Origin: an uncultured Chloroflexia bacterium
GTDB taxonomy: Bacteria; Chloroflexota; Limnocylindria; Limnocylindrales; CSP1-4
Direction of reading: 5' to 3'
Assembly (NCBI GenBank): GCA_963768655.1
Contig: CAVYIM010000004.1
Span: 736,001 to 800,000 of the forward strand
Length of the DNA stretch: 64,000 nucleotides
The notes below the pieces were generated by a model. It saw only the letters and a program-made list of their open reading frames with translations. It was not told the DNA's origin and did no database searches. Below, piece by piece: positions 1-9,254 of the stretch (positions are counted from its first letter, which is position 1; each line of letters begins with the position of its first letter). Position numbers and translations under genes: made by a program.

Positions 1-1073
1 GCCCGTCCGGATGCGGCAAAACGACGACGCTGCGCATGGCGGCCGGGTTCGAATCGCCAGACGCCGGCTCCGTCGTGGTCGACGGCGTCGACGTCACCGA
101 CGTCCCCACGAACAAACGCGGGATGGGGATGGTCTTTCAGGGGTACGCGCTCTTCCCGAATATGACGGCCGCCGAGAACGTCGAGTTCGGTCTCGCCGTG
201 CGCAAGCGGCCGCCAGCCCAGCGGCGGACGCGGGTCGCGGAACTCCTCGAACTGTTCGGGCTGGCCCACGTGGCCGGCAGCTACCCGCACCAGCTGTCCG
301 GCGGGCAGCAGCAGCGCGTGGCTCTGGCGCGGGCCGTCGCGATCCAGCCGGGAGTGCTGCTGCTCGATGAGCCTCTGAGCGCCGTCGACGCCAAGGTGCG
401 AGAGGAGCTGCGGACCGAGATCCGCCGCATGCAGGTCCAGCTGCACATCACCACGATCCTGGTCACGCACGACCAGTCCGAGGCGCTGTCCATCAGCGAC
501 CGAGTGGTGGTCATGAATCGCGGCGCGATCGAGGAGGTCGGTACGCCGGCTCAGGTCTACGCCGAGCCGCGATCGGCGTTCACCGCCGGCTTCATCGGGG
601 CGATGAACGAAATCCCCGTTCGAATCGTGTCCGGCACGCAGGGCGTCGTCGAACGTGGCGGACGTCGCGTCACGGCTCCGGGAGCCGCCGGACTCAGCGA
701 TGGGGAACTGGCGCTCTTGCTCGTCCGGCCCGAATTGCTGGAGCCCCTCGGGGCTGCGAGCGCGGCGCTCAATGGCGACCTGACGATGTTGGGGCGGGTG
801 GAGGTCCAAACGTTCCTCGGGGCCACCACCAGGCTTCTCCTGCGGGAGGTGTCGCGAGGCGCGGGCGACCTAGTTGCGCCGCCGTCGACTCGCCTGCTCG
901 CCGTCGACGTTCCGAGCGCGAGTGCCGCAAGCTGGCCGGCCGGCACCGAGATGGAAGTCAGAATCCCCGTCAAGTCGAGCCGTGTGATTGCCGGGCAATC
1001 GGCGGCCAGAGGCATCGCCTGGTCGACGTCGGCGCCGGATGCATCGGGCCCGACTGCCATGCCACACGCATGA
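1..1073 (+). CDS. ABC transporter ATP-binding subunit (PotA/CysA/PhnT-like), 5'-truncated by window edge
   Basis: Frame from base 3 reads PSGCGKTTTLRM (Walker A); signature [14 protein letters not shown]; Walker B LLLDEP; TOBE-like C-terminus. Confidence 0.9.
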   Translation, partial: PSGCGKTTTLRMAAGFESPDAGSVVVDGVDVTDVPTNKRGMGMVFQGYALFPNMTAAENVEFGLAVRKRPPAQRRTRVAELLELFGLAHVAGSYPHQLSGGQQQRVALARAVAIQPGVLLLDEPLSAVDAKVREELRTEIRRMQVQLHITTILVTHDQSEALSISDRVVVMNRGAIEEVGTPAQVYAEPRSAFTAGFIGAMNEIPVRIVSGTQGVVERGGRRVTAPGAAGLSDGELALLLVRPELLEPLGAASAALNGDLTMLGRVEVQTFLGATTRLLLREVSRGAGDLVAPPSTRLLAVDVPSASAASWPAGTEMEVRIPVKSSRVIAGQSAARGIAWSTSAPDASGPTAMPHA

Positions 1074-1113
1074 TCGTGCCCGCAGCAGTCCTACGCCACA
1101 CGAGAGGAGCTCC

Positions 1114-2049
1114 GTGAACCGCCTACCGTTCGCCATGCCCGGCCAATTCTGGCGGGGCAACCTGCACACGCACTCGACCCGCTCGGACGGGCACCTGGAT
1201 CCGGCGGCGACGGTGGCGTGGTATCGAGACAACGGCTACGACTTCGTCGCTCTGACCGATCACTTCGTCCGGCGCTTCGGCTACGGGATCACAGATACGA
1301 GGTCCCTGCGCACGGGTGGATTCACGACGCTGATCGGCGCCGAGATGCACGCCCCACGGACGCAAGTCGGGAACCTGTGGCACCTCGTAGCCGCCGGCCT
1401 GCCGATCGACTTCGCCCCGCCGGCGCCGGGCGAGACTGGCCCCCAGCTGGCGGCCCGGGCAGCGGCCGAGGGTGCGTTCGTGATCGTGGCGCATCCGGCC
1501 TACTACGGTCTGACGGTAGCCGACATCGAGACCGTCGACGCGGCCCACGCGCTGGAGATCTACAACGGGGCATCCGCGCTCGCCTACGAGATGGGGGATA
1601 GCGGCCACATCCTTGATGTCCTCATCTCGCGCGGCAGGCGCATCGACGCGTGCGCCACTGACGACGCCCATTTCGAGTATCCGGACTATCCCGATCACGG
1701 TCTCGGATGGGTGGAAGTCAAAGCCGAGGAGAACGACCCGGACGCGATCGTCGCGGCACTTCGAGCCGGTCACTTCTACGCCAGCGAGGGGCCGAAGCTC
1801 CTCGACGTGGCCATCGACGGAGACGAAGTCGTCGTCGCCAGCTCGAGCGTGATGAAGGTGATCGTCTCGGGGGGCGGCGAGCGGTATGAGTGCCGCTACG
1901 GCATCGATCTCACGGAGACTCGCGTGCCCCTCGCGACGTTCCACAACGAAGGCTTCCAGGTGGACCCGGTCCTCGGTACCCACATTCGGATCACCGTGGT
2001 GGACGCGCATGGCAAGCGAGCCTGGACAAACCCCATCTGGCTGAGCTGA
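1114..2049 (+). CDS. PHP-domain metallohydrolase (CehA/McbA-like)
   Basis: GNLHTHSTRSDG, ALTDH, AHP and DDAH motifs; GAGGAG RBS before GTG at 1114. Confidence 0.85.
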   Translation: MNRLPFAMPGQFWRGNLHTHSTRSDGHLDPAATVAWYRDNGYDFVALTDHFVRRFGYGITDTRSLRTGGFTTLIGAEMHAPRTQVGNLWHLVAAGLPIDFAPPAPGETGPQLAARAAAEGAFVIVAHPAYYGLTVADIETVDAAHALEIYNGASALAYEMGDSGHILDVLISRGRRIDACATDDAHFEYPDYPDHGLGWVEVKAEENDPDAIVAALRAGHFYASEGPKLLDVAIDGDEVVVASSSVMKVIVSGGGERYECRYGIDLTETRVPLATFHNEGFQVDPVLGTHIRITVVDAHGKRAWTNPIWLS

Positions 2050-2143
2050 GGCGCCCATCGGCGGAACAAGCGATCGGGATGAACATGTGGCCGGGTGGCG
2101 CGCGGGCCTACCGGTATGACACGCGGTTCAAGGAGGTTGCGAG

Positions 2144-2356
2144 ATGAACGTTGCGGTTCTCGAGCCTTTCGCCTCCCCAGCGCAAGATGCCGACGCCCGC
2201 GGGTGCGGGCTCGACGCGATCGTCGGCCAGGTCAGCGAATGGATCGACCCCGAAGGCGACGACTGGTTCGCCGCGATCTACCACGAGCTGGCGCAGGAGT
2301 CGCCACAGGCGACTGGCGATCGGCCGGCGTACGAGCTGGAGCACTGGTTCGAGTAG
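2144..2356 (+). CDS. small acidic hypothetical protein (70 aa)
   Basis: Strong RBS AAGGAGG upstream; protein-like composition; no recognised motif. Confidence 0.55.
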   Translation: MNVAVLEPFASPAQDADARGCGLDAIVGQVSEWIDPEGDDWFAAIYHELAQESPQATGDRPAYELEHWFE

Positions 2357-2475
2357 GCCAGGACGGGCCCGGCGAGTAGGATCAGGCCGACCGGCGGCAT
2401 CGGCCGCGACGGGCCCAACTGGCGCCGGCATCGACGGCGATCGCAAACAGGCGCATCGCCAGGAAGGACTTCGGC

Positions 2476-3000
2476 ATGCACGTCCTCGTCGCCTATGCGA
2501 GCCGCCACGGTGCGACCCAGGGGATCGCCGAGCGCATCGCGGAGACGCTCCGAACGGCCGGCCTGGATGCCGACGCCAGGCCGGCGGCGGCGGTCGAAAG
2601 CCTGAAAGGGTACGACGCGTTCGTGATCGGCAGCGCCGCCTACATGTTCCACTGGGACAAGCGGGCCGCGCGGTTCGTGCGCCGCAACCGCGCGATCCTG
2701 GCCGTGAAGCCTGTCTGGCTGTTCAGCAGCGGACCGCTGGGTGGCGCTCTGGACGCGCAGGGCCGGGACCAGAAGACCGCCGCCGTCCCCAAGGATGTAG
2801 CCGAGTTCATCGCCGCGGTCAACGCCCGTGAGCACCGTGTCTTCTTCGGCGCCTACGAGGGAGGTCGCAAGCCGATCGGGTTTGCCGAACGGTTCGTGTC
2901 GATGATGCCGGCGGCCCGGGAGGCTTTGCCCACGGGCGATTTCCGAGACTGGCCGGAGATCGAAGCCTGGGCTGCCAGCATCGCCCACGACCTCGCCTGA
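2476..3000 (+). CDS. flavodoxin-domain protein (HemG/Flavodoxin_5-like)
   Basis: YASRHGAT FMN-binding loop, VIGSAAY, WLFSSGPL, GDFRDW. Confidence 0.85.
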   Translation: MHVLVAYASRHGATQGIAERIAETLRTAGLDADARPAAAVESLKGYDAFVIGSAAYMFHWDKRAARFVRRNRAILAVKPVWLFSSGPLGGALDAQGRDQKTAAVPKDVAEFIAAVNAREHRVFFGAYEGGRKPIGFAERFVSMMPAAREALPTGDFRDWPEIEAWAASIAHDLA

Positions 3001-3035
3001 CGCCTGGCGGCCGGCGTCCCCACGAACGACCGAAG

Positions 3036-4214
3036 TCAGCGTCCGGCGTCGGGTGGAAGCTCGACCGATTCCTGGTGCACGAGGATGCCACGGCGCGCGA
3101 GGTCGGCGAAGACCAGGTGCGGCCTGAAGGCCTCCTCGGGCGTGATCACTCCGGTGCGGGCGACCTCGCCCCGGGCCAGCATCTGCGCGCCGATCGCCAT
3201 TGGAATGCCGACGTTTCGAGTGTAGGCGCGCAGCTTCTCCCATCCTGGCACGGATCCGTCCGAGGCCGGGTGAGTGTGCGTCAGCGTGTGGCGCCAGCGG
3301 CGGCCATCGGCTATCCCGGTCACCTCGACGTGCAGGGCATAGCCGTAGAGGTCCGTTTCGGTGCCCTCCCTGGAGTTGAGCAGGTATTCGGCGATGCAAT
3401 CGAGGACGCCGGCGCTGGTGTCCCCGACGCTGATCCGGTCGTTGCGCATGAAGCCCCAGTCGTACAGGGCTCGCATCAGCTGCATGTTCCTGGCCGGCCA
3501 CGTGCCGCGCACCTCGATCAGGCGCACGCCTTTGTGCCCGAGCGCCTTCGCCAGCGTCTTCGTCTCCGCATGCGGAACTACGTACTGCGTCGTCAGGCCG
3601 TAGGGTTCGGGCAGCCGAACTTCGCGTGGCCTGGCAAACGGCGGAACCTGCAGGAAGTGCCCATCCTCGAACACCACCCTGCCCGGGAGGGCGGGATCGT
3701 ACTCGTACGTGGTGGTTTCCGCGATCGAGCGCGAGAAGGCGATCGGTCTATAGGCGCCGTGGCTCACCCTTACGGTGTCGACTGCGTCGAGTTGGTCCGC
3801 CGCAGTCATGGCCATCATCTGGGTCACGCCCGGCGTCATCCCGAAGCCAGGCACGCAGGTCCGGCGATGCTCGCGGAACACCGGATCCGAGGCGTCCTCC
3901 TCGCCGAAGCCGTTGAGGTTGATGGCGTGGCAGCCGGCCCGGGCGATGAGCGCGGTGGAGAGCCCGTTCAGGGCAATGGTGGTGCCGTCCAGCACGACGT
4001 CGTAGCCGCTCATCCTGGCCATCGCCTCGTCGGCATTGTGGATGTCTATATGGGCGAAATCCACGCGCGCATCGTCGAGCTGGGCGACCACCGCCCGGGC
4101 CACGGGCTCGTTGGTGTCGGCCACGGTTATCTGCTCGAAATCGGAGAACTGGACCAGGTCGAGCGCAGCTTCCCGGCAGATCCTGCCGGCACCACCGAGG
4201 CAGAGAGCTCTCAT
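3036..4214 (-). CDS. saccharopine dehydrogenase family oxidoreductase
   Basis: N-terminal Rossmann LGGAGRI; PGFGMTPGVT; PHAET; VGIPMAIGAQML..G..GVITPE. Confidence 0.85.
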   Translation of the reverse strand: MRALCLGGAGRICREAALDLVQFSDFEQITVADTNEPVARAVVAQLDDARVDFAHIDIHNADEAMARMSGYDVVLDGTTIALNGLSTALIARAGCHAINLNGFGEEDASDPVFREHRRTCVPGFGMTPGVTQMMAMTAADQLDAVDTVRVSHGAYRPIAFSRSIAETTTYEYDPALPGRVVFEDGHFLQVPPFARPREVRLPEPYGLTTQYVVPHAETKTLAKALGHKGVRLIEVRGTWPARNMQLMRALYDWGFMRNDRISVGDTSAGVLDCIAEYLLNSREGTETDLYGYALHVEVTGIADGRRWRHTLTHTHPASDGSVPGWEKLRAYTRNVGIPMAIGAQMLARGEVARTGVITPEEAFRPHLVFADLARRGILVHQESVELPPDAGR

Positions 4215-4347
4215 GCTGGCGATCCCTTTCGAGCTGGGAGCGTGCGTGTCGGGTGGCCCCCGGCTCCCTCAGATACAGCCGCCGAGCATGCAACCAGGCC
4301 GGGCATGGAGCCAAGATCGAATGACCCGGTGATGGTCAGCGCCACGC

Positions 4348-5178
4348 TCAGGGTCGCTCGCCGAGGGCCACGCGGATTTCGATGTCGTCGAGAACGGGCG
4401 GCAGCTCGGCGATCGACTCGACCAGATAGTGAGCTCCCTGGGCGCGCAGGATCCCGGACGCCTCGCGAATGAGGCCGGCCCGTTCGCGCGGCTTCAGAGA
4501 TGCCAGCTCGTCTTCGGACAATCCCACGTAGGTCCCGGTTCGGGTCACGCCCACGGTCCAGGTTCCGGCGTTGATGCCCTCGTCGATGTCCGCCTTCGTG
4601 TCGCCGACCTTGGCCACGGCCCACGGCGGGAACACCCGCAGCGCCTCCATGACCCGCAGCAACATCCACGGCTCGGGCCGCCCGGCCGGGACCTCGTCCG
4701 CGCAGACCATCACGTCGGGCTCGTAGCCCCGACTCGCGGCCTCGCGGGCGGCGATGTCGCCGACGCTGCGCGGATAGCCCGTCGTCGATCCGACGCGATA
4801 GCCGCGCGCCCGGATCTCCGCGATGGCCTCCACGGTTCCGGGGATCAGATCGCAGAAGCGCGGCAGCACCGCCTCCTGGATCGGGACCAGGGCCTGGTAG
4901 ATCGCCTGGACATCGGTCTCGGTGCATGGGGCGTCGTGGACTCGTTGCCACTCCGCCGCCACCGCGGGATCGGCCGCGATGGCCCGGATGTGGTCGAGCT
5001 TGTATATGCCCATCGGCCCGCGCGCCTGGGCAATGGTGATCTCCACCCCGAACTGGCCGAAGGCCGAAACGAAGGCCCCAACCGGCGCCAGTGAGCCGTG
5101 ATCCTGGGTCGTTCCCGCCCAATCGAGCACGACCGCGCGCAGTCGCCGGCGAGGGTGCCTCGGCTCGGTCGCGGTCAT
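4348..5178 (-). CDS. phnX: phosphonoacetaldehyde hydrolase (phosphonatase)
   Basis: VVLDWAGTTQDHGS, PMG..KLDHIR (Schiff-base Lys), STTGY, GRPEPWM, KVGDT..DI.EG.NAG.W. Confidence 0.93.
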   Translation of the reverse strand: MTATEPRHPRRRLRAVVLDWAGTTQDHGSLAPVGAFVSAFGQFGVEITIAQARGPMGIYKLDHIRAIAADPAVAAEWQRVHDAPCTETDVQAIYQALVPIQEAVLPRFCDLIPGTVEAIAEIRARGYRVGSTTGYPRSVGDIAAREAASRGYEPDVMVCADEVPAGRPEPWMLLRVMEALRVFPPWAVAKVGDTKADIDEGINAGTWTVGVTRTGTYVGLSEDELASLKPRERAGLIREASGILRAQGAHYLVESIAELPPVLDDIEIRVALGERP

Positions 5179-6842
5179 CGGCCGGCCCCGGCGCTCGAGC
5201 TTCCCTGCGCAACTGCGTCCGCCCTCGCGGACGTGCCGGCTCCGCTCGACAACTGAGCTGCCGCGTTGACCAGCCTGGCTTCGGCGAGGGCCCGTCCCAG
5301 GGACTCGACGAAGCCGCCGAGGACCTCGAGCTCCAGTGCCCCGAGCGTGCAGACCCGGAAGGTCGTCTTCGCCGCCTGTCCGAGCCCGGCGTAGATGACG
5401 TACCCGTCGCGCTTGACGGCGTCATGCAGACGGTCGTAGTCGACGCCGTCCGGCAGCCTCAGGCTTCGAACGGATGACGACCGGTCGGCGGCGGCGACCG
5501 TCGCTTCCAGGCCCATCTTCGCGAACGCGAGGTCCAGGTAGGCGCCTCGCGCTCGGTACTCGCTGCGGCGGTGGTCGAGGCCCTCATCGAGGAGCTCATC
5601 GAGGGCCGCCTCCAGGCCATACACCGCCGGCACGGCCGGCGTGAATGGAACGCTCGACTTGCTCTGAGCCTCGAGGTAACCGGGTATGTCCAGGTACAGC
5701 GAGTGCCGTGGCGCCTCGTAGGCCCGCGCGGCACCGGCGGGGGAGAGGAGCACGAAGGCCGTTCCGGGCAAACCGTGGAGGCACTTGTTGGAAGTGCACG
5801 CCATCAGGTCGATGCCGGTGCCGGCCAGTCGCAGTTCCTCAGCCCCGAACGAGCTTATGGCGTCCACCGCGACGCGAACGTCTCGAGCTCCGGCCATTGC
5901 CGCGATCTCTTGGACGGGGTTCAGCAGGCCGGTCGTGGTCTCGTGATGGACGACCGCCACGGCGTCGATGGTGGGGTCGGCATCGAGGGCAGCGGCAACG
6001 GCCACCGGGTCGATCGGCTCGGTCTCCGCCGCGCGTAACGGCACGACGCCGATCCCCAACCGCTCGGCGATCGTGGCGAGGCGGTCGCCATAGACGCCGT
6101 TGCGGCAGACGAGCAGTCGCCGGCCTTCACGGACCGACGCACCGACCATCGCCTCCATCGCGGCCGTCCCTGATCCCGCGATCAGGGCCAGGCTCCAGTC
6201 GGAGTCGACACCCGCCACACGGAGGAGCTTCTCCTTGATGCGGACGAAGATCTCCGAGTATTCGGGTTCACGGTGGCAGAGATCCGGCCCGGCTACAGCG
6301 TGATGGATCCGATCGCTGACCACCGCAGGGCCCGGATTGAGCAGCACACGCTGGCGATGGCGCCTATCGCTCCCGTACAGAGTGGCGTCGGTGGCGGCGA
6401 GATCGTCTGGCCCGATGATGCGGTCGGGCTGACCGCGCAGCAGGGCCAGCCGGGCCGCGGATCCGTTCGTCGCGATCCCGATGACGGCCCCGGCTCCGGC
6501 GCGCCGGCCGGCCTCCAACGCGTCGCGCGAGCCGCCCAGCAGCCCCAGGCGCCGGACATCGGGCACATCCGCCGCGGCCAGTGCCACGAGGAGTCCGAAC
6601 GGCGCCGGCGGCAGCGGCCCGCGGACCACGACGTCGGCCAGCCGTCGCTCGACTGGCGTGGGCATGACATCGTCCGGGACGACCAGGACCACTGCTGCGC
6701 CATCCTTGCGGACTCGCTCCAACTCGGAGGCGAGGGTCGTCTGGGCGATCGGCGGCAGGTCGCCCGCGAACAAGGTCCATACCGAGATGGCGCGGTCCTC
6801 GGCCCAGGATCGAACGGTCGCGACGGTGTCGGCGTAGGGCAT
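5175..6842 (-). CDS. phnW: 2-aminoethylphosphonate aminotransferase (class V) with ~160-aa N-terminal degenerate HAD-like extension
   Basis: LLNPGP, DLCHRE, GSGTAAME, NGVYGDR, HHETTTG, DAISSFG, SNKCLHGLPG, FTP; coupled to phnX; start assigned after a GAGG RBS. Confidence 0.85.
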   Translation of the reverse strand: MPYADTVATVRSWAEDRAISVWTLFAGDLPPIAQTTLASELERVRKDGAAVVLVVPDDVMPTPVERRLADVVVRGPLPPAPFGLLVALAAADVPDVRRLGLLGGSRDALEAGRRAGAGAVIGIATNGSAARLALLRGQPDRIIGPDDLAATDATLYGSDRRHRQRVLLNPGPAVVSDRIHHAVAGPDLCHREPEYSEIFVRIKEKLLRVAGVDSDWSLALIAGSGTAAMEAMVGASVREGRRLLVCRNGVYGDRLATIAERLGIGVVPLRAAETEPIDPVAVAAALDADPTIDAVAVVHHETTTGLLNPVQEIAAMAGARDVRVAVDAISSFGAEELRLAGTGIDLMACTSNKCLHGLPGTAFVLLSPAGAARAYEAPRHSLYLDIPGYLEAQSKSSVPFTPAVPAVYGLEAALDELLDEGLDHRRSEYRARGAYLDLAFAKMGLEATVAAADRSSSVRSLRLPDGVDYDRLHDAVKRDGYVIYAGLGQAAKTTFRVCTLGALELEVLGGFVESLGRALAEARLVNAAAQLSSGAGTSARADAVAQGSSSAGAGR

Positions 6843-6918
6843 CGTGGCAAGAACCTCGCTGTCGGCGCGGCCGCACATAGAATCACCGCCGCCTCTGCGC
6901 GAAGGGTGCCGGGACAGC

Positions 6919-6946
6919 ATTAACGCGCCGCGAACGCCCGGTTAAC
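6919..6946. promoter_or_regulatory. PHO-box-like 11-bp-period array between divergent phnW and the phosphatase gene
   Basis: ATTAAC-N5-GCGAAC-N5-GTTAAC at 6919, 6930, 6941. Confidence 0.65.
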
Positions 6947-6996
6947 TGGCGTCGCCCACGCTCACTGGGTTGAGCACGACATCGTTGAGGTCGGGC

Positions 6997-8115
6997 ATGG
7001 CAGACACTCCTCGGATCGTCCTCCTGGCCTTCGATGGGTTTCCGCTTCGACACTTCCGACCGACTGTCACGCCGAACCTCTGGCGCCTGGGTCAGGAAGG
7101 CGGGTTCAGTCCGGAAGGCGGCCGAAGCGGTCTCCCGTCCACGACGTATCCGGGTTTTGCGTCATTGCTCACAGGCGCGAGGCAGGGAACGACGGGAGTA
7201 CGGACCACAGCTCAGAGGTCAGGGCCAGTTCCGGGATGGGCAGGCAAGGATCGGATCCTCGTCCCGACTATCGTCCACGCGGCCAATGAGGCCGGGCTGA
7301 AGACCGCAGCCGTCGTCGGCGACCACAAGCTTGCCCGAGTGCTTCGCTTCGATCAGCTGGAGCGGGCCTGGCCACCGGGGGCGACGGTGCCCGTCGGAAC
7401 GGAGCTGGACGCGCACGGCTACCCGACGAATTCCGCCGTCCGCGGTCCCGCCCTGGAGGCAATCGCCGACTCGAGTGTCGACCTGGTGTTCGTCCACCTC
7501 AACGAGACCGACACGCTCGGCCACGACCTGGGGCCGAGCGCCCCGGCAACCGCAGAGTGCGTCCGGGCCGCCGACGCGCTGGTGAGCGAGATGATCGACG
7601 CCCTGAGTCCGGATTGGGACCGGACGCTGGTGGCCGTCGTCTCCGACCACGACATGGCGCGGCGCCTGCCGCTGCCCCCCATCGACCCGAGCGCCGGCCG
7701 CGACTGCGCCGGGCTCGTCGACGACTGGATCGCGGACGGATGTGCCGCGTGGGTCCGCCTGACCCCCGGCGCCGATCATCACATGGCCATCAGCAGGCTC
7801 GCGGGGCTGGAGGGCGTCGAAAGCTGGCGCTGGCGCGAGCCCGCCACTCTTCTGCTGCTGGCCGCTCCGGGCCGCGTCTTTGCGGCTCCACGGATCCCCG
7901 CCGCGGGCGTGCACGGGTCCGCGCAGACGGCTCGAACCCTGGCCATCGTCGGCGGTGGCCATCCGGTCGCGGTCGAGCTTGGGCGCGCCATCGGCGTGCG
8001 GCCGCCGCGGCTGCGGGATTGGGCGCCGACGCTCGCGCCGGTGCTGGGCATCGACCTCCCCGACGCCGACGGGCTGAACATGCTCGAAGCGTGTGAGATC
8101 GCCTCTGCCGGCTGA
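6997..8115 (+). CDS. alkaline phosphatase superfamily enzyme (NPP/PhnA-like, Thr nucleophile)
   Basis: LLAFDG, STTYPGFASLLTG, ETDTLGH, VSDHDM, GVHG; no signal peptide. Confidence 0.85.
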   Translation: MADTPRIVLLAFDGFPLRHFRPTVTPNLWRLGQEGGFSPEGGRSGLPSTTYPGFASLLTGARQGTTGVRTTAQRSGPVPGWAGKDRILVPTIVHAANEAGLKTAAVVGDHKLARVLRFDQLERAWPPGATVPVGTELDAHGYPTNSAVRGPALEAIADSSVDLVFVHLNETDTLGHDLGPSAPATAECVRAADALVSEMIDALSPDWDRTLVAVVSDHDMARRLPLPPIDPSAGRDCAGLVDDWIADGCAAWVRLTPGADHHMAISRLAGLEGVESWRWREPATLLLLAAPGRVFAAPRIPAAGVHGSAQTARTLAIVGGGHPVAVELGRAIGVRPPRLRDWAPTLAPVLGIDLPDADGLNMLEACEIASAG

Positions 8116-8242
8116 GCCGGCCGCACCGGGGGGTCGTGCCAGGTGCCAGGGTGGGTCGCGCCGTGACCCGTCGGCGCCCGCTTGCCGCCGATGCGCTACC
8201 CTCGCGGTGGTTGCCCACAGGCGAGCGAGGTATCGCGCGAAA

Positions 8243-9202
8243 ATGAGTCGTCCCCGGCCATCCGGCTTCCAGGCGATCGCTCTCGCCCTGGTCGTCGCCG
8301 TGGCGGCCTGCTCGAACGCGGCGGGAACGTCGCCGCGCCCCAGCCCCGTTCCCTCGTCGGCGGCGCCGAGCGAGGCGCTCGGTTCATCCACGCCCACGCC
8401 GCCGGTCGCCGGGGACTCACTCCCGACCGATACGTCATCCCCGACGACGCCGGTTCCGGTCCAGCCCTCGACGCCCGCGCCGAGCCCGAAGGCAGCGTCC
8501 GGCACCTGGACCCTCGACGTCTACGACGCTCGAGCCGTGCGCTGGCAGAATCCCGACCTGGACGCATGTACCGCCGCCTCGGCTCTGATCATGCTCAACA
8601 TGGCGGACTACTGGCCGGACTACCTGCCATTGGGTGCCCTCGATCCGGTGCCGTCGCCACCGCGCGACTGGAAGCCGGACGTCACCTATGCGCGCCAGGA
8701 ATCGATCCTGGCCTATCAGCGGGCGACTGGCACGATGTCGCTCTCGTGGCCTGGTGCGGACGCTCACGGCTGGCGCAACTCGCTCAACTACTACGGCTGG
8801 GGCAGCATCAAGGCGGGCGTCTACGCCGACCAGGCATTCACCTCGTTCGACGCTGCCGTCCGAGCGACCGTCACGGCAATCGCGCTGTACCGCAAGCCCG
8901 TCGGGATCCTGAGCATGGCGGGGAATCACGCCCAGATCGTCACCGGCTACAAAGTCACGGGCGGGGATCCCCGGACGGGCACGACCAGCTTCACTGTCGT
9001 CGGCGTCTACCTGACCGATCCCCTGCAATCCCACGGCTACCGCGACTACTACGCACCTCTCGCGACCTTGAAGTCGGGTGGCAAGACGATCAGATTCACG
9101 CCCTACGAGATGACGAATTCGCCCAAGGTGGACCCCATCGACGGCCAGCAGGGCAACGCCGAATGGGACGGTAAGTGGGTGACGGTCGCGCCGGTTCGGT
9201 AG
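8243..9202 (+). CDS. lipoprotein with Pro/Ser/Thr linker and C39-like cysteine peptidase domain
   Basis: Lipobox VAAC; WQ...ACTAAS..IML, NHAQIVTGY, YLTDP (Q/C/H/D order typical of C39-like proteases). Confidence 0.65.
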   Translation: MSRPRPSGFQAIALALVVAVAACSNAAGTSPRPSPVPSSAAPSEALGSSTPTPPVAGDSLPTDTSSPTTPVPVQPSTPAPSPKAASGTWTLDVYDARAVRWQNPDLDACTAASALIMLNMADYWPDYLPLGALDPVPSPPRDWKPDVTYARQESILAYQRATGTMSLSWPGADAHGWRNSLNYYGWGSIKAGVYADQAFTSFDAAVRATVTAIALYRKPVGILSMAGNHAQIVTGYKVTGGDPRTGTTSFTVVGVYLTDPLQSHGYRDYYAPLATLKSGGKTIRFTPYEMTNSPKVDPIDGQQGNAEWDGKWVTVAPVR

Positions 9203-9254
9203 GCGGCGCCCTCGCCTGGCCCGCGCCCGCGGCCGAGGCGCCGCCGCCGCGGTC

